Positions 49,791 through 62,650 of a DNA stretch of 64,000 bases are shown one piece after another. Position 1 is the first letter of the stretch. Each line of letters starts with the position of its first letter. The notes beneath the pieces were generated by a model. The model saw only the letters and a program-made list of their open reading frames with translations. It ran no database searches and had not been told where the DNA came from. The translations under genes were made by a program, and so were the position numbers. Source of the stretch: Convolutriloba macropyga (taxonomy: Eukaryota); contig NC_134480.1 of assembly GCF_964194025.1 (NCBI RefSeq), positions 13,950,001 to 14,014,000 of the forward strand. The letters are read 5' to 3'.

Positions 49791-50723
49791 TATGAAATTG
49801 AATGATTTACGGGATGAAATTCGGATTGAAAAGAGTCAACTAAACTTGAATTCAGATTCGAGAAGAATGAATTAAATAAAACTACCAAATTGTGATCAGC
49901 AATTTGATCATAACTAAAATTGGAAATTGCGGCAAACAGAATAACTAGACAGTATGAACAGACAATTATTTCACAAAATTTGATCAACAAATTTAATAGG
50001 CATGAATGAGGAAGATTTGATCTTCAAACAGGATTTGAACAAATTAGAACAAAAGGATGAAAATGAACCAAATTAAAGATTCAGTAAAATTAAGAGAACT
50101 AAAATGATGAAATTGAACTAAATCAAAGATAAAGTAAATTAGGGGATTTTGCACTACAATATCAATAGCCCAATGTATACTATATCACATTTCCCCCTCA
50201 ACAAAAATAAACAATGAAGTAGTTTATCAGATTATTAATAAAATATGTACTGGTTACTATAAAAATTAATATAATGCTTGTAAGGAGTTTAATCAGAGTC
50301 GCTTTCGTAGATGCGTTCCGCCTCGCCAACTGTCATTGATGTTTCGGGTCCTTCATAATTTGGAGAGATGTAGTATTGAGTTGGGAATGATTTTACCGGC
50401 CAACAGGGGCCTACTGTGAAATCGGACTCTACATTTTGATTATTGGTGGCTGCTTTTTGGATCGTAGATACAATCGATTTGTTCTGTATTTGCTGTTGTT
50501 TAATCAATTGTTTTCGTTTTTGGCGTGAAAGTGCCGAAGTTGATGAAGTGGTTGGTGGACATGTTTGTGTGGATGTCAATGATTCATCAGATTAGGTTAT
50601 CGATGGGGATGAGCGTTTTATTTTCTGAGTCAGTTGTAATGCTTCAGTTGCTTTGGTTGCTGCCTTCCGCATGTGTCGGGTTGGTGGCTCCGCTTTCTTG
50701 ATGAAAATCTTTTTTCGAGTCAT
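49791..50723 (-). mobile_element. 3' end of a different LTR retrotransposon: low-complexity ORF tail, polypurine tract and LTR
   Basis: Minus-strand frame 50723-50289 with one internal TAA, then PPT GAGGGGGAAA (50199-50190) abutting TGTGATATAG (LTR start 50189); LTR far end ~49791 is approximate. Confidence 0.55.
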
Positions 50724-52542
50724 GATACTGTAGAAGATCGATAAAAATTGCATCTAAATTCTTCGGGAAATGGGACGCTAATAAAATGAGGAGATTTTTT
50801 CAAATGACTTTTTCCCAAATCTGAGATAAAAACTTGGTTATCGTTCACTCAAACAAGACTTTTTTCACTAGAATTCAAAACCTCTGCCATTTAATTACTC
50901 AATTTCTCAAAAAAAAGTGAAACAGTTACGTTCAATCATAAGAATCTGAACATTACCTATGTTGTTTGAACCGTATTTTAGCTTTAAATTGTCGTCCACT
51001 TCCAAACAAGAACAAAAAATCAATTGAAAATTCGATTGTCGAATACATTTGGAACTGATAGAAAAACGAATGTGTTTTTAAGCCTTTAATGCTTTTAAAA
51101 CAGTCCACTGATATTCCTCGTCATCGTGCTCTTTTGAAAGAAAGCTGTTCCAACAAAACCTATATTAGCAAATTGAAAAACTGTATTGACAGACTTCTGC
51201 CAATGTACTTTAATTTTAAGGACAATCACAGCGAAGAAGTTTGACACGTTAAATAATTTTTTCTTGCCGACTAGGAAATCGAAAGGGCACATTTTGGACG
51301 CAGCCGGGATTTGCCTTCACCAAATAGAAGCAGTGTGAGAATCAAACAAAAAATTGTAACAAATTTGGTGATCGAAAAAAGTTCGTTAAATCAAAAGACT
51401 GTTCCGGTGGTTAATTAATTCGAGGATATTCACTGGATCTTTTTGAACAAGAGATACAGACTTTCAAAAAAAGCCATATGCGAGTCGCAAACTGACGCCG
51501 GGTGACGACACTGCAAAACTGTTGATGATGAGTCCCCCTTCCTCGAAAATTAGAAAAACCTGTGGATAGCTAACAGAAAAAATTTCCTAAAAATTGGACG
51601 GTTTATATGAGACAGCAACTCAAAAGAACAAGATTCTTCTTATCTTCAGCTAAAAGATGAAGACAATGAGCAAGACATGTTCCTGTGTACCCAAAGGAAA
51701 TTTGGCAAATTTGGAACAGCCGTGGTGCATTTTGATACTCTTTACGCTTATACACACATATACTTCTCCTTACATCCACCGCACCCTGCCACTGTCCAGC
51801 AAAACATTCAATCTACGGTTTCAGAGACAATCCAGGATGAAAAAACTTAGCATCGCAAGTTCAATCATCGGATTTCACGTGACATTCCACCATTGGCCCA
51901 GTTTCATGTACAGACCCCAGAAACTGCTGCTTGAGTGACCTTATCTCAATTGACATTGTCGAGAGGTAAATTTGTCTTTGGAATCCACAAGACATTTAAA
52001 TATATCAGCATAGCTATATATGGCATAGCTAGCGCATTTTACTCATTGATATTACCAGCGATGATAATATAACCAGAGAAAACATTGTTTTAATTATAGT
52101 AACCGTCGAAACGTTTATGATTTATACTCCATAATGATATTCTAGTTTCAAACTTCGATTTTTAAGCACAATTTTTTAAATAAATGATTAAAGCTTGTGC
52201 CGAGGCATTTAGTTCCATGAGATGAACGCCAAACGTTCTTATAAGAGTTCAACTTATAACCTTGCCTCTAATGTCTCGAGAACTTTTCGTTGAATAACCA
52301 GAATTCTGCGTATTTCTAAAAACTCGATGAAAACCAAGGAAAAGAGTCAAGTTAAAACGATATCAAATCAATTTTAACAGGGCAACATACTTAACAGCTT
52401 ACGCAAAAAGCAGTTTAATTATACAAGTTTAATGCCAAAATTTAAAGTTTAAGTTAACAGAAAAATCACATAATAAAGGTTTAAATTAACATTTAACTCA
52501 GTTAATTTGGAAAAAGATTAACAATTTTCTCGCAATGAGTTT

Positions 52543-53000
52543 TCAGTGTTCGCAGATTTCGATCGCATTTTCCTCCTTAACAGAACTGGAGCTGGATCTG
52601 GAGCAAATAGAAGACGCCGGCGACAATGACATCTCGGGTCGTTCCGTCTCGTGTTCTAGGTTGAACTCGGCGCTGATTGGGTGCATTTGAGGAGCAACTG
52701 AAACTTGAGAAATGGGAACGTTGATTGTCGTCGAGGTGTTGTTGTTGTTATTATTGTTGTTGTTTTTAGTGGAACATTTTGGATGTTTCTTCAAGATCTC
52801 CGACGCCTCCTCGGATGTGAGTTTGTGTTTGTGTAAGTAGTGAAGCTTCAAGTTCTGTTTCTGTTTGCATCTGTGTTCGCAAAGGGTGCACATAAAAGGT
52901 CGAGCATTGACATGGTCCGCTAGTTCGTGTTCGATCAAGCCGCGTCTGTTTGAGGCAGTGAAGTTGCACAGGGTACATGCAAAACATTTGGGCTCGCCAT
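52543..53000 (-). CDS. C2H2 zinc-finger transcription factor, exon 2 (two fingers); spliced product 423 aa
   Basis: tttcag|AT acceptor is in frame with exon 1: CTLCNFTASNRRGLIEHELADH and CTLCEHRCKQKQNLKLHYLHKH, poly-Asn, Ser-rich tail. Confidence 0.88.
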
Positions 53001-53381
53001 CTGAAATTAAAATTTAAATTTTACCAAGTGTTTTACTATTTTTAGCCCCCCCGCCCCTGGGCCGCTTAATAATTCACAATTGGGTGCTATTTTTGTGGGT
53101 GGGTAGGTGGGTGGGTGGGTTGGTGGGAGGGGGGGCAGACTAATGTGAAAACTTTTGAAAACCGTAAAAGTAAGCAGTTTTTGATAATTTTTGATAAGGT
53201 TGGTTCTCTTATTCTCAATTATTTAACTCCAAACCACTGTCATTGGAAAAATTAACAGCTTAAGTATCGATTTTTCATGAACACCTTTCTAATGATCAAT
53301 GACTAGAGCAAATAGAGGCGGGAGGGGGGGTATTATGGATATTTTTGAAAAATCAAATAAACGTTCTGTCACTTTACGTAC

Positions 53382-54195
53382 TTTTCTTGGAATCTGTTAA
53401 GTTTCCGGTCAAATGTTTGCTGGGCTTGGGACCCCGTCGTTTAGCTGGCTGTTTGTCCCCACCATCAACGATAACCTTGGGATCATTATTGTTATCGAGC
53501 GACTTTTCGGCGTGCATTTGAATAATCTGTTCAGGTGATAATTCCTGCTCCTCTTCAATTTTCGCAGTAACTGGGGGAATAACTTTGCGGTTGGGGTCTT
53601 CCGTCGGAATTAAAGGCGCTCGTTCTTGCTTAACTCCAGCACCGGCTTCTGAATTTGGCTCGGTCGGTTCTTTTTCACTGGACTCGTTTGGTTTTTTGAC
53701 CGGTGCAGTAGACAAGTCAAGCGGCACATTTTCGCTGATAGACAGAGCAGCTTCCGATTGAGAAACACTTTCGTCCTCGTTTGAAGCTTTTTCGTCTTCC
53801 GAACTTTTTGTCTCGGCTGCTTTTGTTGACAGATCCAACGGCTGGGGGAGTTCTAAAGTCAATTCTTCTTGTAGGGAAACCGATTGTTCAACTGTTTTGG
53901 GTCCTTTCGCCTGTTGTACCATTTTTAACATCGTGCAGGAATCAACGGGTTTTCGTTTTCGTCCTCGTTTCTTCGGGCTTTTACAGTCGCGTAAACTGCC
54001 GGCTTTGTTTACTGCATTCTGCTCAATGACGGGGTTGCTAATAGCCACGGAGCCCACGCATTCTTTTCGGGGGTCGTTTTTAACAATCATTAAATTCTCG
54101 GCGAACGTCGGGTAGTCTTGCACGTTTTTGACGAAGGATTTATTGAGCTTGAGGGTAAATATTATTTCCAAATTTTCCTCTTTCGATATTTCCAT
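53382..54195 (-). CDS. C2H2 zinc-finger transcription factor, exon 1 (two PLDLS CtBP motifs, basic KKRGRKRK and KRRGPKP motifs)
   Basis: ATG 54195; donor A|GTACGT at 53381 (phase 1); PLDLS at 53841-53827 and 53724-53710. Confidence 0.85.
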
Positions 54196-55703
54196 TGTTT
54201 CGTGATTTTTAGAGGTACGTTTTTTTATGTGGCTAGAAAGTGAGCAAGTTTATTTTGTGTGATAAAAAGCACACTGTGCAATACAATGAATATATGATGA
54301 AATGGTTTAAACAATATTTCACTTTTGAAACCACTTTTGTGTTGTGAAAAAATTAAGTCACAAATAGCACAACGATGAAAAATCAGAATGAATTTTTTGA
54401 GTGATGATGGCGCTTTGTTCTAAAAACATGCACTAAATTATTGCTCATCGAAACTATATATGCGATAAAAATGAACCACAATCGCCGCAAATGTAGCAAA
54501 ATTGATGATTAATTGTGTTAAAAATCAAGATGACTTGTTTTGAGCAACTAATTTTTAGCTGATATATGCGTGCGTTATAAACTAAATCGGAGAAAAATGT
54601 CACTTTTGATATGAAGCAAATCGTTGCAAATCAAATTCGCAACAAAACAACATTGAGTGAAATTGTTAACAGGCAAAAACTTCAAGGCAATTATTCCATT
54701 ATTAGAAACTGAAACAGTATTAAATTATATGGCGTGATTTATTGAACAGAAAGTTAACAGAAATACATTGAATGTTATTGAAGAAGTTATTGAAGAAAGG
54801 TTAATCTGCTTAAAATTGAAAGATCATTCACGCCTCAAATATAAAATGAAGTATATATTATTAAGTACATTATAAATTAATGTGTTATAATACCATTCAA
54901 CAAATCGAATGAATTAATTGTTCAGCTCTTTTACTATTAATGTAGCCTTTGTTACAGTTACAAGTAAAAGCCGAGTACGCGTTATTAATGTAATACTAAT
55001 AAGTTGGCGTGTCGGTTTCTCAAATTCCCCAGAAACTATTAACCGTTTAACGAATTAAGAAAATTTTAGTTCACACTAATGAGGGTTTAAACAGTAACAC
55101 TTGAATTGCCGCCTTGCCGACATACAGTTTCTCTATTAATGGGTCAAAAGTGTTCTTGAAAATATTTCTTTCAGAACCCGGTACTTGAAAGGATTCAAAG
55201 CTTCGGTTTTAGCCAGTAAAGTACTCAAAAATTAAAAGTAAGTCAGCTGGAAGTTTAGGATCATTTCCAAGTTTTGAAATCCCTTTTTAGCAAATGTTTG
55301 AGTAATCGATAACGGTGAGCAAGAAAGAAAATGTCCGGAACGAAATTCCGATCAATTGTTTCCCGGTTTTTATAAACTTGTCTGGTGATTTATGTAACCA
55401 AAAGTCACCTTTGTAATTTTGAGGATCGAATGAGTTCTTGATGAGGGCCCGAGAAAGGGAAGGCGGGAGGGGCTTTCATTTTTAGACATTTTTTCCCTAA
55501 ACATCTAAGTATTCTAAAATTCTAGAATCAATTACTCGGATGCCAAGTCAAAGTACGAGAAAAACCAGGAAAAGTTGCCAGCCGACGCAATTTACCCCCC
55601 CCCCCCCCCCCTCCTCCTCCTCCCTTCCCCCTCAACTAGTCGACTAGCAGCAAATTTTTCCATTAAAAACCCGTTTAGCTTATCGATATTTCTCTTACAG
55701 AGA

Positions 55704-56943
55704 TACACAGAAAAAAATTAAGGTAAATTTATCTGAAAAAAACCTTAACCTACCTAAAACGTTAAGGTTATTTTGTCTTACATTAACTTACATGAAATTT
55801 AGCTTAAAATTACCCTAAAAGTTAAGGGGGAACCACCTTAAATTTTACCTTGTTTCACTTTGAAAACAAAATTACTGTTAAAATAAAGATAAAAATTAAG
55901 TTAATAGCTAAGGCATTCTTAAGGGAAAATTAAATTAACTTAATGTGGTGCCCCTTAATTTTCTGCTAATTTAAGATGTTTTGGGGTAGATTCAAGGAAA
56001 AATAGGAATGGGCCTATTTTTGCTCAATATATAGAAAAGTTTTTTGAAACTGTATCTAAAAGCGCCTTTGATCCACTTCTATCTCTTTTTTTATAGATCT
56101 TTACAAGTCACAATTTCGTCAATGTCGGAGCCCCAATTAATACTAAAAATAAGTTGAAATAAAATGAAGTGATTTTTGCGAGTCTAAGAGTAGTTTTGCT
56201 AATGCATTACCAACAGAAGCAGATTAAAATGTTTCTTTAATGCACAAAATCGAAAATGTTTCTTTAATGCACAAAGATCTTTTGAAAAGTATAACGTTGA
56301 TAAAAAAAAAACAATCTTTACCTTCTGATAGTTTAATAAAACCCCGTGTTAAGAAAATTAATATTTTTTGTATGCTAGTAGTTCAAATAATTGCCATTAA
56401 AAAGAGCTCAGGACAAATGAGTTTAGAATAATTTTCTAAGATACAATAACCGTACAAGGCTGATTTGAAAACAAAAAGTCTGTAATCTTAATGAAACATC
56501 TAAATTCGATTTTTGTCAGAGAAATGGAGATGTCTTAAGACCATATTTTTGCGCCTTGAATAATAGAAAAATTTTTGAGTTTATTTTTTGTTGAGAGGAG
56601 TATTTGCTCCACATTACCCTCACTTATATAGAGACTATCATTAGTTTCAATTTTTTGAATTTTCGTGCCCCAATTAATATTAAAAATGAGTTGAGGTGAA
56701 CAAAATTGTTTTCTACTGTTCTGAAAAACAGTTTTGTTGATGCTTGACCAATAGAAACGGAATTATGAAACCGAGGACAAAACAAAGAAAGTTAAAATAA
56801 TTTAATGTCCTTTTACTCTAAAAAGAATAATGTAAATTTTTATGTTAACTCAACTTAAGGTAAAGTTAAGGTGAATGTTACCTTCACTTTATTTTACCTT
56901 TACTCAAATTAGGTAAATTTACTTTAACTTTGTTCAGTTTGTA
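55704..56943. mobile_element. Non-autonomous DNA transposon/MITE (~1.24 kb)
   Basis: Imperfect TIRs tacacagaaaaaaattaaggtaaattta / taaatttactttaactttgttcagtttgta, subterminal AAGGT/ACCTT repeats, internal ~110-bp direct repeat (~56110 and ~56650). Confidence 0.55.
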
Positions 56944-57180
56944 TGAGTCGCTACGAGCTCATTGATCTAAAGTCATTTCAATATAATTTGTAGTAAATTG
57001 GCCATCTGTATTGTATTTTTTGGCAATCAACTACCTATTTTTTACATCTAAATTTAAGATGAAGCTGCAAATTCAAATTGAAATTTACAACGGCAAAAAA
57101 ATACGTTTGAATGCTTTAAATAGGTTTGTTAGGAACTAAATTCTATTAGAAATTCGGAAACAATAATTTTTGATATTATG

Positions 57181-57184
<4 letters not shown>

Positions 57185-57219
<35 letters not shown>
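57185..57219. repeat. (TA)n microsatellite
   Basis: 17 TA units. Confidence 0.95.
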
Positions 57220-57223
<4 letters not shown>

Positions 57224-58882
57224 AGTCTGTGAAATTTTCCTTTTTGTTTAAAGACTGTATTATCTATTAGCAATCACGTTTCGCCTCGCAGTAACAAGCT
57301 TTAATTATGTCCAAGCAAAAAATTTCTTATCAAAGAGAACAAATTGTAATGCATATGAGATGATGATTGCTTCATAATTGTACCTAGAAATTTGAACACG
57401 TATCATTTGTTTTTATGCTACTTGAAGGCGTCTTCATCATGTCTTCTAGAGTTATTTTTTAATCACTTCATTTAGTTGGTTGCGAATAGTTGAATTTGTT
57501 GACAAGATTCCGTTTTTTTTCGGAAACCACTTATTCTCCTAATTCCACGAAAATGGTTTAATTCTAGTGCCTGAAATATTTGATTGATCGACCACAAGCT
57601 CCAACGTCTATATTTTCCCTGATTGCATAAAAAACCAAGAGACTGCATATTTGTAAAAAAAATTGAAAAAAATCTCGGAAAGTGCCGGTTGAAATAGTGT
57701 TCCGTAAATCATTTCTCTTGTTACCGGTCTGCTAACTCCATCAACATATCCTGACAGCGTTTATATAAGTTTTCGAGCTTAAGGGACCAGCTTTCTGTGT
57801 GATTTGTTTCCTTTTGACTTTTTTGCCTTATTGAGGTCAAGAACAAGATGAAGCGGTCGCTTCCAAATTCACACTGGGAAAAAATTCTCTCTGTCGTTCT
57901 CGAAAAATACCTCTTCAGTTGAATTGAGAGCATTTTTTGGTGCATTTTTTTTTACTAGTTGTGCTAATGGCATGACTAAAAGAGTTTTCACTTACGAGGA
58001 GTACGTATCTTCTTTCGTTGTGATGAACAGCATCTTGAGGGCGTTAAAGAACTCAACAATTTTTGTTTTGTTTTTTTTATTGTGATGTTTTAATTGTAAG
58101 TGTTTTTAGGTCGAAATTTTCCCCATGTTCACTCAAAATATCCTATATTTTCTCCTGCTTTTGAGAGTCTAGAAAAATAGAAAAGTTTAGGTCGTCTCTT
58201 CTAATTCATGTTATTAGCCCTTTTGGCATTTTTTTTCAATTTGGTATTCCCTCGTCAAAAACAAAACTGTTTTTGCGGTCGGGTCTTCTTTTTTTCCAAT
58301 ATTTCAATTGGGTAGGTAAAATTGAACGCAATTATTCCAAGGTAACGCAGTGTTTTCCGCTCCAACAAAAAACATGCGAAGATAATGTAACTAAAAAAAA
58401 TTGTCAGCAGCGTAATTTCGACGGCTTGCATGGTTTCGAGTTTCACCACTGGAGTATTTTAAAATCCAAAGCAATCAATATGGTAATCGTCATAGTGTTT
58501 AATTTTGATAAACCTATGAACATGTGCTAGTAACATCTCGTATTGAAAATAGAGTTCCGCAACCCTAATCAGGAAATTGCTACTAGACTCATTTTGGGTG
58601 GTCAATTAATGAGTGTATTTTAAAGATGTTTACATTATCGATTGAAAAATGTATCAAATTCAACTGCTCTAGGCAAGAATTTGATATATACCATTTTTTG
58701 GCTACGTTGAGGATGTAAAAAAAAACTATATCTTGATTAGAACAAAATATGTCACTTATGTTGTTTTTGCCTATTCCTTTGTCTGCTCGTGTTCTTCTTA
58801 TTTCTTAAAATAACAGATTAATAGCTAAAATTGAAGAGATCTGAGAAAAAAAATTGCGGATTTGTTTTACTAAAAAATGCTG

Positions 58883-59070
58883 AAGAGCATTCCAAATTAG
58901 AAAACAAGGAGTTAAAATCTCTACAGGAATAATCCTTATAGCAGAACGCAAAAATTGGACTATTGAGGTTCTTCCTGTGACATTTCGAATAACCATTTTT
59001 TGCGTTCTGCTATAAGGGTTATTCCTGTATTGATATTTTATCTCCTTGTTTTCTCATTTGGAATGCTCTT
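58883..59070. repeat. Foldback inverted repeat (~82-bp arms, ~23-nt loop)
   Basis: aagagcattccaaattagaaaacaaggag...ccttatagcagaacgcaaaaa pairs with tttttgcgttctgctataagg...ctccttgttttctcatttggaatgctctt. Confidence 0.85.
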
Positions 59071-59505
59071 TGCCAACTGGGAATCTGCATCTCGTGACGA
59101 TTTCAATATTCAATGAAGTTTTTCCCCTGCATAATTGCTGTGCTGTGAGAAGAAAAATGAAAAAATATAGAAGATTTCATTAAAACAGGGATTTAGAGAT
59201 TTTCTCCTTTCATTAAGGTTTTTTTATAAGGAGCTAAATGTAATAGTGACAAACTTTGCTTGATCCTTGTTGTTAACTCTCTCATAGAGCAATACCTGTT
59301 GATTTATCCACTGCTATGATTTGATCAAAGGTTTTAATCTGCTCATTGAAGCAGACCTTTTTGGTCAATTAAAGTTATAAAAGTAAACGCATTCCTTTTC
59401 TTTAATATGAGAAGTGGAACTTTCTCATATGTCATTTAATCATCTCAAAATTTTAAAGCATTTAATTAGCTAGGTGGGTTTATTTGCAAAAGCAACCAAC
59501 GACTG

Positions 59506-59801
59506 CCCAGGCCTAGGTACAGACTTATGAAAAGACCATACTCGACTCATTTGAACTATGAAAAGATTTTAGCTGGACTTTAAGACATTTTGGACTTTAG
59601 CTCGACTCAGATTTTTCACAAGAAGACTTTTGCTCGACTCAAAATTTTCAAAAAGATTTTAGCTCGAACCAAAATTAAGGCTGGACTTTAGCTCGACCCA
59701 ATGTCGCGAAAAATGTTTCTGCGTTGTGTATTTATAGCCAATAACGAATCCCCCCTACTAGAATTATAAAATCTTTTCATAAGTCGAGGTGTAAACCTGG
59801 G
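59506..59801. mobile_element. MITE with CCCAGG termini and internal ~31-bp repeats
   Basis: cccagg..gacttatgaaaaga / tcttttcataagtc..cctggg TIRs; repeated gactttagctcgact units. Confidence 0.7.
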
Positions 59802-62650
59802 TTATCAAAATTAGCGCTATGAACTTGAATAGCAAAATGCAATTGAGGAGTCTGTTAATGAAAAAATGAATAGAAAAAATTGTTTTCGGAATTGCTCGCG
59901 TTGCTCATGTGTAGCTCAAGTTATGCTGCTAGATTGAGTTTTGCAATCAATAGATCATTATTGTTTCAAATCAGTGAGTCCTGTTTTGTCTTTTGAATGA
60001 TCCAAATGTTTTCGTGCGGGGAGCTGAAGCTGGCGTCTATCGGCTGGTACTTCCTACAACTTTACTGACGTTTATGTCTTTTTCTTCACAGTTTGGTGCA
60101 ATTGAACATTGCGCTATTTTTAACGTATTCAATTTTTGCAGAATTAATAAAAATGTTTAATTATAACAAAGATATTTCTGGTTATGGTTTTTTGATCTGT
60201 CTGTTTTTAAGTTGTCTTTTTCACCAGAAAATACCCGGGCATCTTTTTATTCAACTCAATGTTGGTTCATTTTAAATCTTAGGCTCAATGATGTTGCATT
60301 TATGTAGGATTGTGTTGTTGTTTTTTCTGCTGAATCGGGTCATAGCCGTCTCTTCAGCTGCTATTGGATGGGTTTGTTTTCTGCGGACTCTTTTGTTTTG
60401 CTCTGGTTCGTTACAGACTTGTGGCAGTCGTGGGTTAACTTTTGCTGGCCTCTTTGGGTTGATTTCTGCCTGGCTGCTGGCTTTTCTGTGTTGGACTTTT
60501 TGGCGGCTTTTCTATTTTTGTTGGGCTCTTTGCCGGCTCTTCTGGACTGGCCCGGCTCGTTGTTTGCCAAATACCCTCTCTGGCAGTTTAACTCAGCTGC
60601 TTGCAGTGGTTGAAAATTGATTGATCAAACAAAATCTGTTATGGAAAATTTGAAGTGCAAGAACAGAAGTTCTGAAAATTAAAAAAAAGCTAATTCTAAA
60701 ATAAACTTGTGAACTCAGAAAATCAAGTGGATAACTATACTTGAGACACTTTTCGGTGATATATTCGTAAAAACTCTGCTTCTCTAAATTTTTTTCTCTG
60801 GTTTTGTCCAAAAAAGAATTGAATCTATAGATTTTATGTTCACAATTCATCAAACCACGAAAAACTATGAAATATTTTGTTTTCTGAATTTCGGTTGGAT
60901 TTCGGTTCAAAGTTAGTTTTAAAAAGCTTCTATTAAGCATTAACTGAAATTTGCTTAAATATTGTATTACTTTTAAATAATTTTTGCAATTCAATTTACA
61001 ATGTTTAGAGGCCAGCCTTTGGTTTCCATGAGTTGCCTCAAACTATAATTAGAAATTGCTGTTCATAACTTTGGCGGATTCTTAACGTTAAATAATTTTA
61101 TAATTCTTGTGTAGAATTGTTGTTCAGTTTGTCAGTTTGATACCTAATCTATTGTTGCCCAGCGATTTTTCTTATAATCTTGCCTGGACACGTAGTCAAG
61201 ATACCCTACCACAATAAACACTGTTTGGGCTAGCTAGGCCGCTAACTGGCCTATGATCAAGTGGGTTTTGAATCTCCAAAGTTATTTATATTTCGATTTC
61301 TCCTGATTAAAATAACGTTGACAGCACCTCCTGACATTGCTAAAATTCTTTAGTCAAATTGAGTTTTGAGCGAAAGCAGGAATTGGCTAATTGATCAAAT
61401 TGGAAAAGTGGGGAGTGCAGGTCAAGCTCCCGATCTCATCTGAAGAGAAGACAAACGCTTCCCAAAAAGTCAGAGACAAGCCGCAGAATGATAGACTACC
61501 CATGGAACACGTCTACAAGTTTCAGTTCAACCACAAAAAAGAGCGTTAAGGAGATGCGCAATTCACAATTCAGTCACCCTTGCGAGAATCAATGCCATAT
61601 CAAAGTTTACAGAGATTAGGATTCTCTGCGGCGACAAACCCTCACGATTCTGTGGAACCAAAAATGCTTCGCTTTCGTAATTGAAAGTAGTGACCGAATG
61701 ATGGAGTTTGTTTAGCGGAACAAATTTTGACAGTCATATTTACAAAATTTCAACCAAAAAAATATTGAGGTTAATCAATTTTACAGAAATTTTTAGAACA
61801 TACTTTCTGCTTTTTGTCTTTTCTCGTCTAATGAGATACTAAAACAACTGACAGCAGAGGAAGTTTTTGATTTATATATCAGTCTTCATTAACTAGAAAC
61901 AGCAATATTTTAACAACCCAAGATTCAGATGAGTCATAAATTTGCTTATTTTGTTCCCTTTACTTTTTATGCTCCATTGCTTGGTAGTTAAAGTTCGTTG
62001 GTCGTTCTTCTCTGTTCAATGCCTTCATTTAAGTCAAAAAATGAACACGTTTTGATAACATATTATGGAAATCTTCTGAGGCGGAAAAACTCTCAACCTA
62101 GATTGTATATTAATTTCAATTTCATTGTTCTGATTTTTACTCAATGTCAAGCCGACAATTTGAAAAAACTTTTTCCACTCAATTGTTACTAAGTTCAAAA
62201 CTTAGAGAAAACAAAGTAAATGAACTAAGTGTATTTAATAATTAGACTCAGAAATTTTTCTGGTAACTTTTTTTGATAAAACACAGGTCAAGCCCATGCG
62301 TATAGATGAGTTTGAGTTTTAAATAATAGTTACGGGTCGGGTTGCAAGGTTGGTGACAGAGATTCCTAAACTCCATCCCCTTCAACAATTAGACCACCTT
62401 TTGAAAAAAGTTGTCTTCGAATGATATTTAGCACAAATTGTATTATAACTTATCACTTTATTCTGGAGATTAAAATAATATAACCATAAAGTTGCAGCGT
62501 AACCTATATTGCTTTCGCCTACCTTCTAAATGAAAATTTGAGAAATTTTTGTGTTCCTTGGCGGAAGCAATCAAACAATTTTAAGTGCCGGGCAATTAGT
62601 GGTATTTGGTTCGCAACCAAACGTAAAACGAACGAACGCCGCGTGGCAAG

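Noticed and set aside
60288-60620. 110-aa hydrophobic plus-strand ORF as a membrane protein
   Set aside because: The hydrophobicity is the antisense mirror of an A-rich repeat; no supporting gene structure.
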